Shown here one piece after another: positions 46,865 through 56,985 of a stretch of 64,000 bases of DNA (positions are counted from its first letter, which is position 1; every line of letters begins with the position of its first letter). Under the pieces are notes generated by a model that ran no database searches, was not told the DNA's origin, and saw only the letters and a program-made list of their open reading frames with translations. The stretch is from an uncultured Candidatus Saccharibacteria bacterium. Lineage in GTDB: Bacteria > Patescibacteriota > Minisyncoccia > Phycocordibacterales > UBA12445. The position numbers were made by a program, and so were the translations under genes. The stretch is taken from NCBI GenBank assembly GCA_964531375.1, contig CAZHDO010000001.1:196861-260860 (forward strand), read 5' to 3'.

Positions 46865-48205
46865 TTATTCTGTTTTGTTAGCAGATAAAAGATTGTCTAT
46901 TCTGTTTAGGTCACGAGGAAACAAAGTTGCTTCTTTTACATTCTCTATTCCAAGTAGCTTTGAGGTCAATCTTTCTAGCCCAAGCCCAAATCCTCCGTGT
47001 GGTGGCATTCCGTATTTGAACGCCTGAAGGTAATAGCTAAATTTTTCAGGATCTAATCCTTTTTCGTTCATTGAGGAGATTAGAGAATCGTAATCATGAA
47101 TACGCTGGGCCCCTGTTGTTATTTCTACCCCCCTAAACAATAAATCAAACCCTTTTGTGTATGTAGGGTCTCTCTCATCTCTGTATGTATAGAATGGCCT
47201 TTTTGCTGTTGGGAAATTTGTAATAAAAATGAAATCAGAATTGTATTCCTTTTCCGCATATGAACATAACCATCTTTCGTGTTCTGGTTCGAGATCTGGC
47301 TCGTTGGTGCAATCCTTTCCCGTTTCTTTTGTTATTAACTGCTGTGCTTCACGCAGTGTCATTTTAGGAATATTCTCGGGAACATTTGGTATTGTTGCGT
47401 TTAGTAAATTAAAATATTCTACGCAGTTATTTTTTAGTTCAGTAGAAAGATATTGAAGAAACTTATTTTCAATATTCATAATATCGTAATGGTCTTTAAT
47501 GAATCCCATTTCAATATCCATGCTTGTGTATTCGTTGAGATGTCTTGTTGTGCTGTGTCTTTCTGCTCTGTAAACATTTCCAATGGTAAAAACCCTTTCA
47601 AGAACACCAACCATTATTTGCTTATAAAGCTGAGGGCTCTGTGCTAGATGTGCGATATGTGAAAAATATTTAACATCAAAAGAATTTGCGCCACCTTCTG
47701 CATCGTCGCCGATCAATTTAGGGGCCTGAAATTCGTAAAAACCTTGCTTAGAAAAGAAATCTCTAAAAGCCCTTGTTATGTGTGATTGAATTTTAAAGAT
47801 TGCTGTACTCTTTTCTTTTCTTAATGTAAGCGGGAGATTATCTAAATAAACATCCATATTTGTATCTGCCTCAACATCAAATGGAAGCTCTTTTGCTTTT
47901 CCGAGTATCGAGATACTTAGTACCTCAATTTCTATATCACCATTAAGGGTATCTTTCTTTACCATTTTTTCCGGACGCTTATTGACCATGCCTGTGACCT
48001 CAACCACCCATTCAGATCTTAATTCGCTAGCAGTAGCCACAGCCTCTTTGTGATTTGGTAAAGCAACCATCTGCACCTTTCCTGTGATATCTCTTAGGTC
48101 TATAAAAATCAATTTTCCCATATCTCGACGCACACTAACCGAGCCGGAAATAGTTACCTCTTTACCAACATGCTCACTTAATTTTTTTATTTGAATTCTT
48201 TCCAT
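46865..48205 (-). CDS. class IIb aspartyl/asparaginyl-tRNA synthetase (compact archaeal-like form)
   Basis: N-terminal OB fold. Class II motifs (FYEFQAPKL, YRAERHSTTRHLNEYTSMD, GMPPHGGFGLGLERL). Asp and Asn specificity cannot be separated by eye. Confidence 0.8.
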   Translation of the reverse strand: MERIQIKKLSEHVGKEVTISGSVSVRRDMGKLIFIDLRDITGKVQMVALPNHKEAVATASELRSEWVVEVTGMVNKRPEKMVKKDTLNGDIEIEVLSISILGKAKELPFDVEADTNMDVYLDNLPLTLRKEKSTAIFKIQSHITRAFRDFFSKQGFYEFQAPKLIGDDAEGGANSFDVKYFSHIAHLAQSPQLYKQIMVGVLERVFTIGNVYRAERHSTTRHLNEYTSMDIEMGFIKDHYDIMNIENKFLQYLSTELKNNCVEYFNLLNATIPNVPENIPKMTLREAQQLITKETGKDCTNEPDLEPEHERWLCSYAEKEYNSDFIFITNFPTAKRPFYTYRDERDPTYTKGFDLLFRGVEITTGAQRIHDYDSLISSMNEKGLDPEKFSYYLQAFKYGMPPHGGFGLGLERLTSKLLGIENVKEATLFPRDLNRIDNLLSANKTE

Positions 48206-48208
48206 TTT

Positions 48209-49219
48209 TTAGTAATTAATTTTCATTGCTTTTTTAACTTCTTCCATTGTCGCGCTTGTTATTTTTCTTGCATTATTACTTCCGCTTTTTAGAATTTCCA
48301 TAATATAATCGGGATTCTTTGAAAGATATTCCCTTCTTTCTCTGATTGGAGAAATTATATTTTCAAGAACATCTGCCAGTCTATTTTTAATTAAAGTGTC
48401 CCCGAGTCCTCCTTTTTTGTAATTATCTTTTAGGTCATTAATTTCGTTTTGGTTAGGATCAAAAATTGTGAGGTAGTCGAACACCACATTACCCTCAACA
48501 TTTCCAGGGTCGCTCACATGAATATGTTTAGGGTCGGTATACATTTGCATCACTTTTTTCTTTATTGTTTCTCTGTCGTCTGCGAGAAAAATCGCATTGT
48601 TTAATGATTTGCTCATCTTCGCCCCTCCATCTATTCCGACAAGTCTTGGTGTTGTTGAAATAATTGGTTCAATTTTTTTGAAAGTTTCTCCGTATAAGGT
48701 ATTGAATTTATGTGATATTTCGTTTGCTTGTTCAATTACAGGAAGTTGGTCTTCTCCGACAGGGACAACATCTGATTTAAAAGAGAGCATATCTGCGGCC
48801 TGACTAATTGGATAGCATAAAAAACCAGCAGGCACATTTGTGGCATATCCTTTTTGTTTCATCTCCCCTTTTACTGTCGGATTTCTTTCGAGCCTTGAGA
48901 CGGTTACAAGGTTCATGAAAAAAATTGTTAGTTCGGCAATTTCAGGAATAAGTGATTGTATAAAAAAAGTTGTTTTTGCTGGATCCAGTCCAATAGCCAA
49001 ATTATCCAAAGCCACCTCTATGACATTATTTCTGACTTTGTCTGGATTGTCGGCGTTGTCTGTGAGTGCCTGGACGTCTGCAATCATTACAAATTGAGCA
49101 TATTCGTCTTGAAGTTTAAGTCTATTTTGAAGTGATCCTATATAGTGGCCCAAATGAAGCTTTCCTGTTGGACGGTCCCCCGTCATTGATATTTTTTTTG
49201 ATTTTGTATTCATTATCAA
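48209..49219 (-). CDS. trpS: tryptophanyl-tRNA synthetase
   Basis: HIGH-type TGKLHLGHY and KMSKS (GAKMSKS). 336 aa. Confidence 0.85.
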   Translation of the reverse strand: MIMNTKSKKISMTGDRPTGKLHLGHYIGSLQNRLKLQDEYAQFVMIADVQALTDNADNPDKVRNNVIEVALDNLAIGLDPAKTTFFIQSLIPEIAELTIFFMNLVTVSRLERNPTVKGEMKQKGYATNVPAGFLCYPISQAADMLSFKSDVVPVGEDQLPVIEQANEISHKFNTLYGETFKKIEPIISTTPRLVGIDGGAKMSKSLNNAIFLADDRETIKKKVMQMYTDPKHIHVSDPGNVEGNVVFDYLTIFDPNQNEINDLKDNYKKGGLGDTLIKNRLADVLENIISPIRERREYLSKNPDYIMEILKSGSNNARKITSATMEEVKKAMKINY

Positions 49220-49263
49220 ATTATCGTATCAAAAATACAGCTTTTTTGAAAGGGAGCGTTTCT

Positions 49264-50130
49264 TTATTTTATATAAACTATAAAATACCAAAGGAAAGCT
49301 GAAAAAATAAGGACTGCTATTTTATCTCTAAGATTATACTTAACAAAAGAAACTACTTTGTTTTCTGTTTCGGTATTTGAGATTTGACAAATACCCATAA
49401 AATTACAAATTTCTTCTTTGAGTTTTTCTTTTCCTGATACGATACTCAATTCATTGTTTCTGGCAATTGTTATAGTACCTCTCTCTTCTGACACCACGAT
49501 GGTCAACGCGTCAGTTCTCTCAGATAAACCTAGACCAGCTCGGTGTCTTGTTCCGATATTTGGATATTTTTTATAATTATCTGCAAGCGGTAAGTGTGCA
49601 CCAAACCTACTTACAACATCTCCTTCTATTAAAACGGCACCATCGTGACCTGGGGTTTTTGGATTAAAAATACTTATCAATAATGCTTCAGAAATTTTTC
49701 CATTAAGCGGTATTCCTCCATCAAGTACTCTTTCGAGATTTTGTGTTCCGGGAAGGACAATAAGCGCGCCGGTTTTTTTCTTTGCTAGTTGAGAGACTAC
49801 ATTTACAATAACATCTATGGAATTTGAGTTAATCGATATATTTTCTTTTGTTTCGGAGTAAATAAAAGATAAGGAAAAATTCTCAAAAAAACGTCTAATT
49901 TCTTTTTGAAAAATAACAACAAGAATAATAATAAAGAAAGAAACAAAAGACTGAAAAAGCGATGTTGTGAGTTTAAGGTTTAAAAATACAGCAAGAATAT
50001 AAAAAACAACTAGCGCAAAAAAGCCTCGTAAAATATATATAGACCTTGTTTTTCTTAGAATTACAAGGGCTGTATATAAGATAAAAGCTGTTGTTAATAC
50101 GTCGACTATTTCTAAAAAAATTGTTACCAT
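49264..50130 (-). CDS. cdaA: diadenylate cyclase CdaA (c-di-AMP synthase)
   Basis: Three N-terminal TM helices and a DAC domain with DGA...RHRAGLG motifs. Confidence 0.85.
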   Translation of the reverse strand: MVTIFLEIVDVLTTAFILYTALVILRKTRSIYILRGFFALVVFYILAVFLNLKLTTSLFQSFVSFFIIILVVIFQKEIRRFFENFSLSFIYSETKENISINSNSIDVIVNVVSQLAKKKTGALIVLPGTQNLERVLDGGIPLNGKISEALLISIFNPKTPGHDGAVLIEGDVVSRFGAHLPLADNYKKYPNIGTRHRAGLGLSERTDALTIVVSEERGTITIARNNELSIVSGKEKLKEEICNFMGICQISNTETENKVVSFVKYNLRDKIAVLIFSAFLWYFIVYIK

Positions 50131-50241
50131 TTTTGTTAAACTTTAATTATGAAATTTAAAAATAAAAATAATAAAAACATCTTATCATAATAAACTATAT
50201 AACTAAAACGCCCGCAGAATAGTTGCAGGCATTTTGGATTA

Positions 50242-51459
50242 TTAGTATCCCAGGAGTTTTTTGGCCTTGTCGTGTTCTCTTATTTTTTCATGCGCCTTAG
50301 CCTCAATTTGTCTGATTCTTTCTCTGGTTACTCCGAATTCTTTTCCGACTTCCTCTAGCGTTCTCATCACACCATCAACCAAGCCGTGTCGCATTTCCAA
50401 AATCTTTCTCTCTTTCGGAGTTAGGTCATCAAGTATTTCTTTGATCTGATCAGAGAGTATTCTTCTTGCTGTTTGATTATCAGGTGAAATAATTTTGTCG
50501 TCAGGAAGGAAATCTCCCAGTGAGGAATTGTCGTCATCGTTTCCAACAGGTGTTTCAAGCGACACTGTTCCTTGGTCTATTTTTTCTATTATGTGAACTT
50601 TTTCTATTTCTATACCCATTTCAGTTGCTATTTCTGACGAGAGAGGTTCTCTTCCTAGATCCTGAGAAAGTCTTCTAACAACCTGTTTATATTTTGCGAT
50701 GGTTTCAACCATGTGAACAGGTATTCTGATTGTCCTCGATTGGTCTGCTAGTGCTCTTGTTATTGCTTGCCTAATCCACCAGGTCGCATATGTAGAGAAT
50801 TTATAACCCTTGGTCCAGTCAAATTTTTCAACAGCTTTAAATAAGCCCAAATTTCCTTCTTGAATAAGATCAAGTAAGGTGAGGTCGGAACTTCTTCCGA
50901 TAAATTTCTTAGCAATGGAGACAACAAGTCTTAGGTTTGCTCGAACAAGGGCGCTAGTTGCTTCCTTATCCCCTGTTTCGATTTTTCTTGCTAGATCTTT
51001 TTCGTCGCTAGCTGAGATTAGTTTGTACTGACCAATTTCTCTTAAATACATTTGAACAGAATCGAGAGCAGGATCACCATGTCCTCCTCTTTTTCTTTCG
51101 TAAAGGTTTTCCTCACCAGCCTCAAGTAAACCACCACTGTCTAAAATATCAATTCCAAATTGAGAAAGTTTTTCGTATAGGTCCTCAAGAAACAAAACAT
51201 TGTCTTCGATTTCCGGAAACTCTTTGATTATTTCGTTGTATGTTACGAAGTGTCTTTTTTTGCCAATTTCAATTAGCTTTTCAGCCTTCTTTTCCCAGCT
51301 TTCTTCTTTTTTAGGAACTTTTTCTTTTTTTACAAATTTAAAATCCTTATTTGTGTTTGGGGAGGTTTTCTTCTTTATTTCTTTTTTGGGAGTGTGCGCG
51401 TTGTTTTTTGGAACAGTTTTTTTCTTCACTTCTTTGGATTTAATATTTTTTTTAATCAT
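50242..51459 (-). CDS. rpoD: RNA polymerase sigma-70 factor RpoD
   Basis: Region 2 ([17 protein letters not shown]...[10 protein letters not shown]) and region 4 HTH ([20 protein letters not shown]). Confidence 0.9.
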   Translation of the reverse strand: MIKKNIKSKEVKKKTVPKNNAHTPKKEIKKKTSPNTNKDFKFVKKEKVPKKEESWEKKAEKLIEIGKKRHFVTYNEIIKEFPEIEDNVLFLEDLYEKLSQFGIDILDSGGLLEAGEENLYERKRGGHGDPALDSVQMYLREIGQYKLISASDEKDLARKIETGDKEATSALVRANLRLVVSIAKKFIGRSSDLTLLDLIQEGNLGLFKAVEKFDWTKGYKFSTYATWWIRQAITRALADQSRTIRIPVHMVETIAKYKQVVRRLSQDLGREPLSSEIATEMGIEIEKVHIIEKIDQGTVSLETPVGNDDDNSSLGDFLPDDKIISPDNQTARRILSDQIKEILDDLTPKERKILEMRHGLVDGVMRTLEEVGKEFGVTRERIRQIEAKAHEKIREHDKAKKLLGY

Positions 51460-51564
51460 ATTTCTTAGTGGTGATATTTTAGTTTATTAAATTATATTTT
51501 TGAGGATTTGCTTTAATAAAATATTAGTTAAATTTTATAATAAATACTTTAATAACTAAAATAA

Positions 51565-53295
51565 CTACGTGGCCTTTCTTATGTCCTCCAGCTCCTTGCT
51601 TAGTCTTTGGAACTCCTTAAGGTAAATTGCTGTCTTATCAATTTCATTATTTTTTTCTGCCTTTTTTATTTTTTGCCACTCAGCGTCTCTTTGTTTTCTT
51701 AAAATTTCCTCTTTCAGCGATAAAATTAGATCATTTAACGCCGAGGAAAGATCATTTGAACCCTGGAACGGTATTTCAATTTCCAAAATAAGTGCATCTT
51801 TGCTTAAAGAAAATGTGGTATCGATTTTTTTGTATTCATCTTCTCCTATTAGACTTACAAATGTGGTTTTCTTAAGGGCGATATCTTCTATTGGTTTTGG
51901 TTCCCTTTCTTGCCAAACGATAAATGACCAAATTCTTTTTTTAAGACTATCTTCTTTAGAAAATTCCTGCAGTATCTTTTGTTTGAGTTCTGGCGTTTTT
52001 TCTATATTTTCCTTGCCCAGTTGTGTGTTTATTTTTTTTAATTCATCCCAGATAGCATTTTCTGATATCTTTAAAATTTCTGAAATTTTATTGACAAACT
52101 TGGCCTGCTCGATTTTACTTTTTATGTTTGAAACATATGGCAATACTTGAGTTTCAATTTCTTTCGATAGCTTGCTTTCTGAAATATCAGAGTTTTGTAA
52201 GGAGTCTAGGAAGAAGTCGACAATATGTTTTGAATTACCAACGGTATTTTTCCAGTCTTCTGGGTTTTTTCGCACAACATCCGCTGGGTCTAACTGGTCT
52301 GGTAGGTTGGCGAGTCTAACCTCTATCCCCATAGACAAGGCTAGGTTTATTGCTCTTGCAGAAGCTTTTAGTCCTGCCGAATCGCCATCAAAGGCCATTA
52401 TCATCTTTTCTGCTAATCTATTTATGATAGAAAGGTGCTCTTCGGTTAAAGCTGTTCCAGATACCGCAACTGCATTTTCTACTCCGGCCTGATGGGACAT
52501 TACTAGATCGAATTGTCCCTCTACAAGTATGCACTCATTCTTTTGTCTGATTGGAACTTTCGCTTTATCTATCCCAAACAAAGCTTTTGATTTGTCGTAA
52601 ACTATCGTTTGTGGAGAATTAATGTACTTTGCTGGCGCCGGCTTACTGTCATCTTTTTTTAATTCAAGTATTCTTCCAGAGAATCCAACGGGAGAACCAG
52701 ATGCACTAAAAATCGGAAACATTAAACGACTTCTGAATCTATCGTAATATCCGCTTTCTGATTTTATAATTAAACCAGCTGTCTCCATTTCCTTTTCTGA
52801 ATATCCTAATTTTTTAAGGTTATCGTAAAGCAATCTCCAACCCTCGGGAGCAAAACCTATTTTAAATTTAATTACGGTTTCTCCCTTTAATCCTCTTTCT
52901 TTTAGATAATCTAGTGCGTGTTTGTTTTTTACAAGCTCCTTTCTGTAGAATTCAATGGCGGAGTTTAATAAAGAAAAAATCCTTCCTTTTTCTGATTTTT
53001 CGTATTTCTCTTCACTGTCGATTTTTATGCCAGCTTTTTCTGCGAGTATTTTTAAGGCCCCAATAAAATCAACCCCCTCGATGTCCTCAACAAAGCTTAT
53101 TATATCCCCGCCTTTATCACACCCAAAGCAGTGATAACTCTCTCTCCCTGGCGATACATAAAAAGAAGGGGTTTTTTCGTTATGGAATGGACACTTTGCT
53201 TTGAAGTTTCCTCCTGCTTTTTCAAGTTTCAGGTAAGAGCCAATAACATCAACAACACTCAGTCTTGCTTTGATTTGTTCTACTGCTGAAGACAT
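51565..53295 (-). CDS. dnaG: DNA primase
   Basis: Zinc-binding CPFHNEKTPSF...CFGC and Toprim EGQFD...DGD. Confidence 0.9.
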   Translation of the reverse strand: MSSAVEQIKARLSVVDVIGSYLKLEKAGGNFKAKCPFHNEKTPSFYVSPGRESYHCFGCDKGGDIISFVEDIEGVDFIGALKILAEKAGIKIDSEEKYEKSEKGRIFSLLNSAIEFYRKELVKNKHALDYLKERGLKGETVIKFKIGFAPEGWRLLYDNLKKLGYSEKEMETAGLIIKSESGYYDRFRSRLMFPIFSASGSPVGFSGRILELKKDDSKPAPAKYINSPQTIVYDKSKALFGIDKAKVPIRQKNECILVEGQFDLVMSHQAGVENAVAVSGTALTEEHLSIINRLAEKMIMAFDGDSAGLKASARAINLALSMGIEVRLANLPDQLDPADVVRKNPEDWKNTVGNSKHIVDFFLDSLQNSDISESKLSKEIETQVLPYVSNIKSKIEQAKFVNKISEILKISENAIWDELKKINTQLGKENIEKTPELKQKILQEFSKEDSLKKRIWSFIVWQEREPKPIEDIALKKTTFVSLIGEDEYKKIDTTFSLSKDALILEIEIPFQGSNDLSSALNDLILSLKEEILRKQRDAEWQKIKKAEKNNEIDKTAIYLKEFQRLSKELEDIRKAT

Positions 53296-53353
53296 AATGT
53301 TGTTAAGTTAAAACACATTTAAGTAAGCGCTACTGTTTTATAAAAACAGTTAC

Positions 53354-56300
53354 TTATTCTACGACCTCTGCTTCAGTATTTTCGGTTCTTTTTTTGCTCA
53401 TATTAACAAACCCTGTTCCTGCTGGAATTAGTCTACCGATTATGACGTTTTCTTTTAGGCCCTTAATAACATCAACCTTTCCTTGTGTTGCTGCGTCAAT
53501 GAGTATTCTTGAGGTATTCTGGAAAGATGCTGCTGATAACCAACTTGTAGTAGTCAAAGAAACTTCTGAGATACCTAGGACCAGCTCTTCTGCCTTGGCT
53601 TTTTCTCCGGTTGTTTCGTTGTTTACTTTGTTGAATTCTGAAGATTCAATAACAGATCCCTCAACAAAATCAGTGTCGCCAATGTTTGTAACTCTCTTTC
53701 TTGAAAACATCTGTTTTAAAATAACTTCAATGTGTTTTCTTGAGATTGCGTTGGCCTGCATTGCATATATTTTTGAAATTTCATTCAAAATATAGTCTTC
53801 AGCCGCTTCTTTTCCACCGAGCTTAAACAGTTCGTTAATATTTACAGAACCATCGGTTAGAATGTTTCCCTTTTTAACCTCTTGACCTACTTTTGCCAAA
53901 ATTGTTCTTGGGAATGGAACAGCGTGCTCAACTGAAGTTTTTTCGCCATTAACTTCTCCTGCAATAGTGATTGATTTTTCTTTACTATTGTTTTTGATAT
54001 CAAGAACTTCGCCATCTATTTCTGCAACAACGGCATTGTTCTTCGGTGCTCTTTTTTCAAAGATTTCCTCGACTCTTGGGAGACCCATTGTGATATCTCC
54101 TCCAGCTTCAGAAACACCTCCTGAGTGGAACGTTCTCATTGTAAGCTGTGTTCCTGGTTCACCGATAGCTTGGGCTGCAACAATACCCACAGCCTCTCCT
54201 AGCTTTACTAGGTGATTTCTACCAAGATCCATTCCATAGCATTTCTGACACACACCGTGAAGTGATCTACAGGTTAATGGTGAGAATACTGTAACTTGAC
54301 TGAGCTTAGCTTCTTCTATTATTTTAGCGTCTTTCTTTGTTAATAGGTGGTGTTTTTTGAATATAACATTTCCGTCATTGTCTAATAGGTCTTGTGCCAA
54401 TATTCTACCCCTGACTGCGTTTCCGATGTTTGTTTCAAGAATGTTTTTTGCGTAAAGTATTCTTCCTTTCTCATCTCCACAGTCTTCTTCTGTAACAACA
54501 ACATCCTGGGAAACATCAACAAGCCTTCTTGTTAGATATCCAGCTTTTGAGGTGTTTAGTGCTGTGTCTGCGAGACCCTTTCTTGAGCCGTGTGTTGTAA
54601 TGAAGTATTCAATAGGTGACAGTCCTTCTTTGTATGATGGTATAACTGGGAATTCAAGTGTTTGTCCAGATGTATTAACAATAAGACCTTTCATACCGCA
54701 CATTTGACTAAAAGCCGCGATGTTTCCTCTTGCCTTTGATGCCATCATGTCGTGAACACCTCCATCCTTATCAAATGTTCCTGGAACTAATTTTTGAATA
54801 TCGTCTTTAAATTTACTCCAAGTGGATATTATCATCTTTCTTCTCTCGTCGCTTGTGATAAGACCCTCATCGAAATTATTTTCAATTTCAGATACAACTT
54901 TCTTGGTCTTCTTGACCATTTCAGGTTTTTCGGTTGGAACTCTAAGGTCGCCAATACCCCAAGTAATACCGGACATCGTAATGTATTTGAAACCGAAGTT
55001 TTTAATTCTGTCTAGGATATCGGGTACAGCGTCGGTTCCATATATTTCGATTAAATCTTCAATGAGCGCTTGAATTTCTTTTCCTGTTATCTCGTGGTTT
55101 AGGTATTTAAAATCTGAAGGAAGAACACTGTTAAAAAGAATTCTACCAACTGAAGTTTCAAATATTTTCCCATCAAATTCTCTATATTTTTTACTTTCCC
55201 CACCCATAATCTTGATTTTTGCTCTGAAACCAACCTGTCCATAATCATAAGCTGTAATGGCCGCGTTTGGTGTTGGGAACATTTTTCCCTCACCTTTATC
55301 GCCATCGAGTGTTCTTGTCATCCAGTAACATCCAAGCACAATATCAAGTTTTGGTGTAACAATAGGATCTCCTGTTCCCGGTCTAAGGAGGTTCTTTGCA
55401 GAGCACATAAGCTCTCTTGCTTCTTCTTGTGCTTCGTCAGAAAGTGGGACGTGAACAGCCATTTGGTCTCCGTCGAAGTCGGCGTTAAAAGCCTGACAAA
55501 CTAGAGGATGGAGTCTTATTGCATTTCCTTCAATAAGTATAGGCATAAAAGCTTGTATACCTAGTCTGTGTAATGTAGGTGCTCTGTTTAGAAGTACATA
55601 TTTATTTTTAATAACGTCTTCTAAGATTGCCCAAACTTCTGGTACAGCATCTTCGATAAGTCTACCAGCTCCTCTTATGTTATAAGCAAGTTCTCTTTCA
55701 AGGATTTTTGAGATAACAAATGGCCTGAATAGTTCAAGTGCCATGTGTTTAGGAAGACCGCATTGACCAAGTTTAAGTTCTGGTCCAACAACAATAACGC
55801 TTCTTCCTGAGTAGTCGACTCTTTTTCCAAGAAGGTTTTGTCTAAATCTTCCTTGCTTTCCCTTAAGAATATCAGCTAAAGATTTTAGTGGTCTTCTTTG
55901 AGCAGAGCTCATTGCTCCTGCCGAACCACTTCCGTGTCTGATCGAATTATCTATAAGAGCATCAACCGCCTCTTGTAGAATTCTTTTTTCGTTTCTGAGA
56001 ATTACCTCAGGCGCACTAATTTCTATGAGTTTTTTTAATCTGTTGTTTCTATTTATAACTCTTCTGTAGAGATCGTTTACGTCTGAGGTTGCGTGTCTTC
56101 CTCCCTCAAGAGCCACCATTGGTCTTAATGCTGGAGGGATGATTGGGATGATTTTTAAGAACATCCATTCTGGCCTAATATTGGCCCTAATCATATGCTT
56201 CGCAAGATTTAATCTTTTTTGAATTTTAACAACATCTGCTGTTGTTGTTACTTTTAGTTTTTCTGTAAGTTTTACAACCAAATCGTTAAGATCCAATCTT

Positions 56301-56971
56301 TCAAACATTTTATATACAGCTTCGGCTCCAATATCTGATTCAAAGATTGTCCCGTACTTATAGGTAAATTTAATGTGAGTTGGTTCATCTAATACCAAAC
56401 CTTCTTTTATTGAGTTTATTTCTCTCTTGACCTCAAGTAAAGAGGTTTTTATTTTTTCCTTTGCTTCTTCGGAGTTTACTGTTTTTATTTTCGTTTTAAA
56501 TTCCCTATCAAGATCCTTTAGAACCCTATCTTTTTCTTCATTATTCACCTTTGTGATTATATACCCAGCAAAGTAAATAACTTTTTCAAGGTCAGCAATA
56601 GATAGGTTAAGTAATAGTCCGATTCTTGAAGGAATACCCCTGAGGAACCATATATGTGCAACTGGTGCAGCAAGTTCAATGTGACCCATTCTGTCTCTTC
56701 TTACAATTGACCTTGTTACTTCAACTCCACATTTTTCACAGATAATATCTTTGTATCTAATTCTTCTGTATTTTCCGCAGTAACATTCGTAATCTTTTTC
56801 AGGACCAAAAATTCTCTCATCAAATAACCCACCTCTTTCACTTCTTTGGGTTCTGTAGTTTATTGTTTCTGGTCTTGTGATTTCTCCGTGTGACCATTCG
56901 AGAATTTTTTCTGGTGAGGCAAGACGTATCAGTATCGAATTAAAATCTAATTGTTGTTCTTCGTTTTTCAT
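53354..56971 (-). CDS. rpoC: RNA polymerase beta' subunit
   Basis: NADFDGDQMAVHVP catalytic motif. Zinc-binding CxxC...CxxC N-terminus. Confidence 0.95.
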   Translation of the reverse strand: MKNEEQQLDFNSILIRLASPEKILEWSHGEITRPETINYRTQRSERGGLFDERIFGPEKDYECYCGKYRRIRYKDIICEKCGVEVTRSIVRRDRMGHIELAAPVAHIWFLRGIPSRIGLLLNLSIADLEKVIYFAGYIITKVNNEEKDRVLKDLDREFKTKIKTVNSEEAKEKIKTSLLEVKREINSIKEGLVLDEPTHIKFTYKYGTIFESDIGAEAVYKMFERLDLNDLVVKLTEKLKVTTTADVVKIQKRLNLAKHMIRANIRPEWMFLKIIPIIPPALRPMVALEGGRHATSDVNDLYRRVINRNNRLKKLIEISAPEVILRNEKRILQEAVDALIDNSIRHGSGSAGAMSSAQRRPLKSLADILKGKQGRFRQNLLGKRVDYSGRSVIVVGPELKLGQCGLPKHMALELFRPFVISKILERELAYNIRGAGRLIEDAVPEVWAILEDVIKNKYVLLNRAPTLHRLGIQAFMPILIEGNAIRLHPLVCQAFNADFDGDQMAVHVPLSDEAQEEARELMCSAKNLLRPGTGDPIVTPKLDIVLGCYWMTRTLDGDKGEGKMFPTPNAAITAYDYGQVGFRAKIKIMGGESKKYREFDGKIFETSVGRILFNSVLPSDFKYLNHEITGKEIQALIEDLIEIYGTDAVPDILDRIKNFGFKYITMSGITWGIGDLRVPTEKPEMVKKTKKVVSEIENNFDEGLITSDERRKMIISTWSKFKDDIQKLVPGTFDKDGGVHDMMASKARGNIAAFSQMCGMKGLIVNTSGQTLEFPVIPSYKEGLSPIEYFITTHGSRKGLADTALNTSKAGYLTRRLVDVSQDVVVTEEDCGDEKGRILYAKNILETNIGNAVRGRILAQDLLDNDGNVIFKKHHLLTKKDAKIIEEAKLSQVTVFSPLTCRSLHGVCQKCYGMDLGRNHLVKLGEAVGIVAAQAIGEPGTQLTMRTFHSGGVSEAGGDITMGLPRVEEIFEKRAPKNNAVVAEIDGEVLDIKNNSKEKSITIAGEVNGEKTSVEHAVPFPRTILAKVGQEVKKGNILTDGSVNINELFKLGGKEAAEDYILNEISKIYAMQANAISRKHIEVILKQMFSRKRVTNIGDTDFVEGSVIESSEFNKVNNETTGEKAKAEELVLGISEVSLTTTSWLSAASFQNTSRILIDAATQGKVDVIKGLKENVIIGRLIPAGTGFVNMSKKRTENTEAEVVE

Positions 56972-56985
56972 TTTATTAGATATGA

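Noticed and set aside
46865-48205. Assigning the class IIb synthetase specifically as AspRS or AsnRS
   Set aside because: The discriminating active-site residues cannot be reliably read by eye, so the family-level call is kept.
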